Shown one piece after another: positions 60,700 to 64,000 of a stretch of DNA of 64,000 bases. Below the pieces are notes generated by a model. It had not been told where the DNA came from, did not search any database, and worked only from the letters and a program-made list of their open reading frames with translations. Made by a program: the position numbers and the translations under genes. This DNA comes from Isurus oxyrinchus (taxonomy: Eukaryota), in NCBI GenBank assembly GCA_026770705.1, contig JANJGN010000071.1:2232001-2296000 (forward strand). Reading direction: 5' to 3'. Numbering within the stretch: the stretch's first letter is position 1; the number at the start of each line of letters is the position of its first letter.

Positions 60700-62890
60700 G
60701 ATGTCACATCCAGTCGTGGACAATTAAACAACTCACTGGAGGAGGAGGCTCCACAAATATCCCCATCCTCAATGATGGAGGAGCCCAGCACATCGGTGCA
60801 AAAGACAAGACTGAAGCATGCGCAACAATCTTCAGCCAGAAGTGCTGAGTGGGTGATCCATCTCGGCCTCCTCCTGAGGTCCCCAGCATCAGAGATGCCA
60901 ATCTTTAGCCAATTCGATTAATTCCACGTGACATCAAGAAAGGGCTGAAGGCACTGGATATTGCAAAGGCTCCAGGCCCTGACAATATTCTGGCAATAGT
61001 ACTGAAGACTTGTGCTCCAGAACTTGCTGCGCCCCTAGCCAAGCTTTTCTGGAATTTTCTAGTACAGCTGCAACACTGGCAACTACCCGGCTATGGGGTT
61101 CGTCCTGTACACAAAAAGCAGGACAAATCCAACCCAGCCAATTCCCCAGCAGTCTATTCTTGATCATTACTAAAGTGATGGAAGGGGTCATCAACAGCGC
61201 TTGCAAGCAGCACCTGCTTAGCAAGAACCTGCTCACTGACGCTCAGTTTGTGTTCCACCAGGATCATTCAGCTCCTGGCCTCATTACAGCCTTGGTTCAA
61301 ACATGCACAAATGAGCTGAACTCCAGAGGTGAGAGTGACTGTCCTTGACATCAAGGCAGCATTTGACTGAGTGTGGCAAATCAAGGAGCCCGAGCAAAAC
61401 TGGAGTCAATGGGAATCGGGGGAAAACTCTCCGCTGCTTGGAGTCATACCCAGCACAAAGGACGATGGTTGTGATTATTGGGGGTCAATCATCTCAGTTC
61501 CAGGACATCACTGCAGGAGTTACTCAGGGTAGTGTCCTAGGCTCAAACATCTTCAACTGCTTCATCAATGACCTTCCTTCCATCATAAGGTCAGAAGTGG
61601 GGATGTTTGCTGATGTTTGCACAATGTTCAGCACCATTCACGGCTCCTCAGATACTGAAGCAAGTTATGTCCAAATGCAGCAAGACCTGGACAACATCCA
61701 GGCTTGGGCTGACAGGTGACAAGTAACATTCATGCCACACAAGTGCCAGGCAATGACCAGCTCCAACAAGAGAGAATCTAACTGAAGGCGCAGAAAATTT
61801 GGATTTATTTTAAAGAGCCAGCCAGGACCAGCAGCTAGGGCGCCAAAGCGTACACATCCTTACGTGAAAGCTAAAAACCTGTACAAAGGGCTCAGCTGTA
61901 AATTTGCAATGAGGAAATGGGAGACACACACACAAGGACACAGGGTGACTCAATCAAGAAATGGGGAAGGTTATTTCACACCCTCCGATGGCCTTGAACC
62001 ACATCCAGTCAGCCTCCGGAAACCTTTTGTATCGAACAAACATAGATTCTTTGCTGTCTCAAAAGGACAATAGCCAGTCTCTGCCCTGTAATTACTGTAC
62101 AAGAACACAATTATCAGCCCACCGGAGGATCATTGTGCTGTGGCCTTTGTCTAACTAATACCATTACCTTGTAACTGAGAGTAAAAAATATATAAACTGT
62201 GCTCATTTGAACCTCGGTGGAGAAGCACCTGTACTGCCCAGCGTTTGCTCCCCACATGCCTAATAAAGGAACCACTTGAATATTGCATCTGGTGTCCGAG
62301 TGTTGAAATTTTGTACCAGAGTATCCCACAGACCATTCATAACCATCGCCCCTTGGCATTCAATGGCATTACCATCAATGAATCCCCCAATATCAACATC
62401 CTGGGAGTTACCATTGAGCAGAAACTGAACTGGACCAGCCATATAAACACTGTGGCTGCAAGAGCAGGTCAGAGGCTGGGAACCCTGCAGACAGTAACTC
62501 ACCTCCTGACTCCCCAAATCCTGTCCACCATCTACAACGCACAAGTCAGGAGTGTGATGGAATACTCTCCACATGCCTGGATGAGCACAGCTCCAACAAC
62601 ACTCAAGAAGCTTGACACCATCCAGGACAAAGCAGCCCGATTGATTGGCTCCCCTTCCACAGAGCTAGATAGATTCTTGATTAACAAGGGGGTGAAAGGT
62701 CATTGGGGGTAGGCAGGAATGTGAGGTTGAGGTGACAATCAGATCAGCCATGATCTTACTGAATGGCGGAGCAGGTTCGAGGGGCTGAGTGACCTACTCC
62801 TGATCCTAACTCAGATATCCAGATGTTCTCAAAGGCAAATGGGGATGGGCAACAAATACTGGCCTAGTCAGCGACACCAACATCCCTGAA
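60700..62890 (+). mobile_element. CR1-clade LINE ORF2 fragment
   Basis: GPDNI...LKTCAPELA.PLAKLF; GVTQGSVLG..FINDL..FAD; LGVTIEQKLNWTSHIN. Confidence 0.85.
61783..62339 (+). mobile_element. Solo LTR (557 bp) nested in the LINE
   Basis: TGAA...TTCA inverted termini; exact 4-bp TSD TAAC (61779-61782 and 62340-62343); internal TATATAAA ~62189 and AATAAA ~62262. Confidence 0.85.
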
Positions 62891-64000
62891 ATGAATAAGA
62901 AAAAAATGTATCAATCAATTAAATTTATTGATTAATCGAATTGAAATTCCTCCAGCTGCCGTGGTGGGATTTGAACCCGTGCCTTCAAAGCATTCACCTG
63001 GGCCTCTGGATCACTGGCCTAGTGCCATTCCCATTGTGCGACTGTCTGCTATCATCATGGCTCTTTCACATCGATGTGGAAGTCCTGATAACAGAAGCAT
63101 TGGACGAGGTACAGAAAGGTGACAAATCAGGAGCTCCATGGCTCAATATGAACGGATAATAAAGATAAATGAACATAAACCTTCCAGTCGCTAATTAGGG
63201 AGTCACTGTGGAGCCCATGAGTCCCTCGCAGCGCTATTGCAACCTTCTGGATCCCCAGTAGGGGACTCGGGGTGCAGCTGTGTCTTCCTCATCATTTGGA
63301 AAAGCCGGAATTGTTCGGGTGCCCCTTCAAACAGGCCGAAGATGCAGTGGGTGATGTCTCCCACAGGCCCTGGGAGACCTCCCCTGCCAATTTGTTTTGT
63401 AGCTTATTCTTCAACTGCGACATTGGATCAGCTTGAAAAAGGGTGAGCCTGAGGCAATACCACCAGGTAAGCGTCTATCCCCTCAAACATCACCCCCCCC
63501 CCCCCACCCCCGTAACCATCACAGTCCCTCCCATCGTGCTGGAGGAGCATAATGTGCACATTCCCCTCCTTCCAATCAGTCTCCTCCCTTCCTCTCTAAT
63601 CCTTGATCTTATTGTGTTCGGGGTTGACATCCCAGTCCTCCTCCCTAGACTGTCTGATGTTGACATCCCAATGCCCCATGTAGACCTGACCTCTCTCCAA
63701 CTAGAGGCCCATTGTACTGTGACTTACAGAGACCACCGGCCCCCCTCTTTTCCATCCCCACCCCTACCCTCTATATTAACTGCTCCCCATTGACCGGCTG
63801 CAGATGCCTCCCCTGACTGGGATTGTGCCACCTGCGGCCTAGTATCAAGCCACCCACCCCCAGGACCGACGTGTGTGAGGGACTGACCACGTCCTGCACA
63901 CCATGCTGGGCACCACCAACCCAGGACTGCCAGGCTGTCCCCACCACACTGGACTGGGACTAGAATAGGCGTGCCAAGCACAGCTCTCTAAATCGTGGCG

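Overview
Eukaryotic, intron-rich, repeat-dense vertebrate DNA with four N gaps. CR1/L2 LINEs, Deu-domain (SacSINE1-like) SINEs, a Penelope-like element and Gypsy LTR pieces point to a cartilaginous fish (inference). Splicing by hand gives four + strand genes. (A) 1476-8360: 3' part of a Siglec-family gene with two V-set exons, a frameshifted C2 exon, a half-deleted C2 exon, and a transmembrane exon carrying an intramembrane Arg and a short tyrosine-free tail (activating type). (B) 11591-36240: an apparently intact ~787-aa Siglec (leader-V-V-C2x4-TM) whose ectodomain region is a recent duplicate of A and which has two alternative cytoplasmic cassettes (broken ITIM+ITSM versus ITIM+ITSM). (C) 47023-48177: a more divergent Siglec V-set gene cut off by a Gypsy fragment. 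(D) 53871-58208: a three-exon hepcidin (HAMP) gene that the ORF track misses, with a BMP-response-element promoter and an atypical 29-aa mature peptide (no N-terminal His/Phe motif; loop extended by 4 residues with an N-glycosylation sequon). The main candidate system is a paired activating/inhibitory double-V Siglec cluster with diversifying ligand loops, linked to a divergent hepcidin and recalling the mammalian HAMP-MAG-CD22 neighbourhood.
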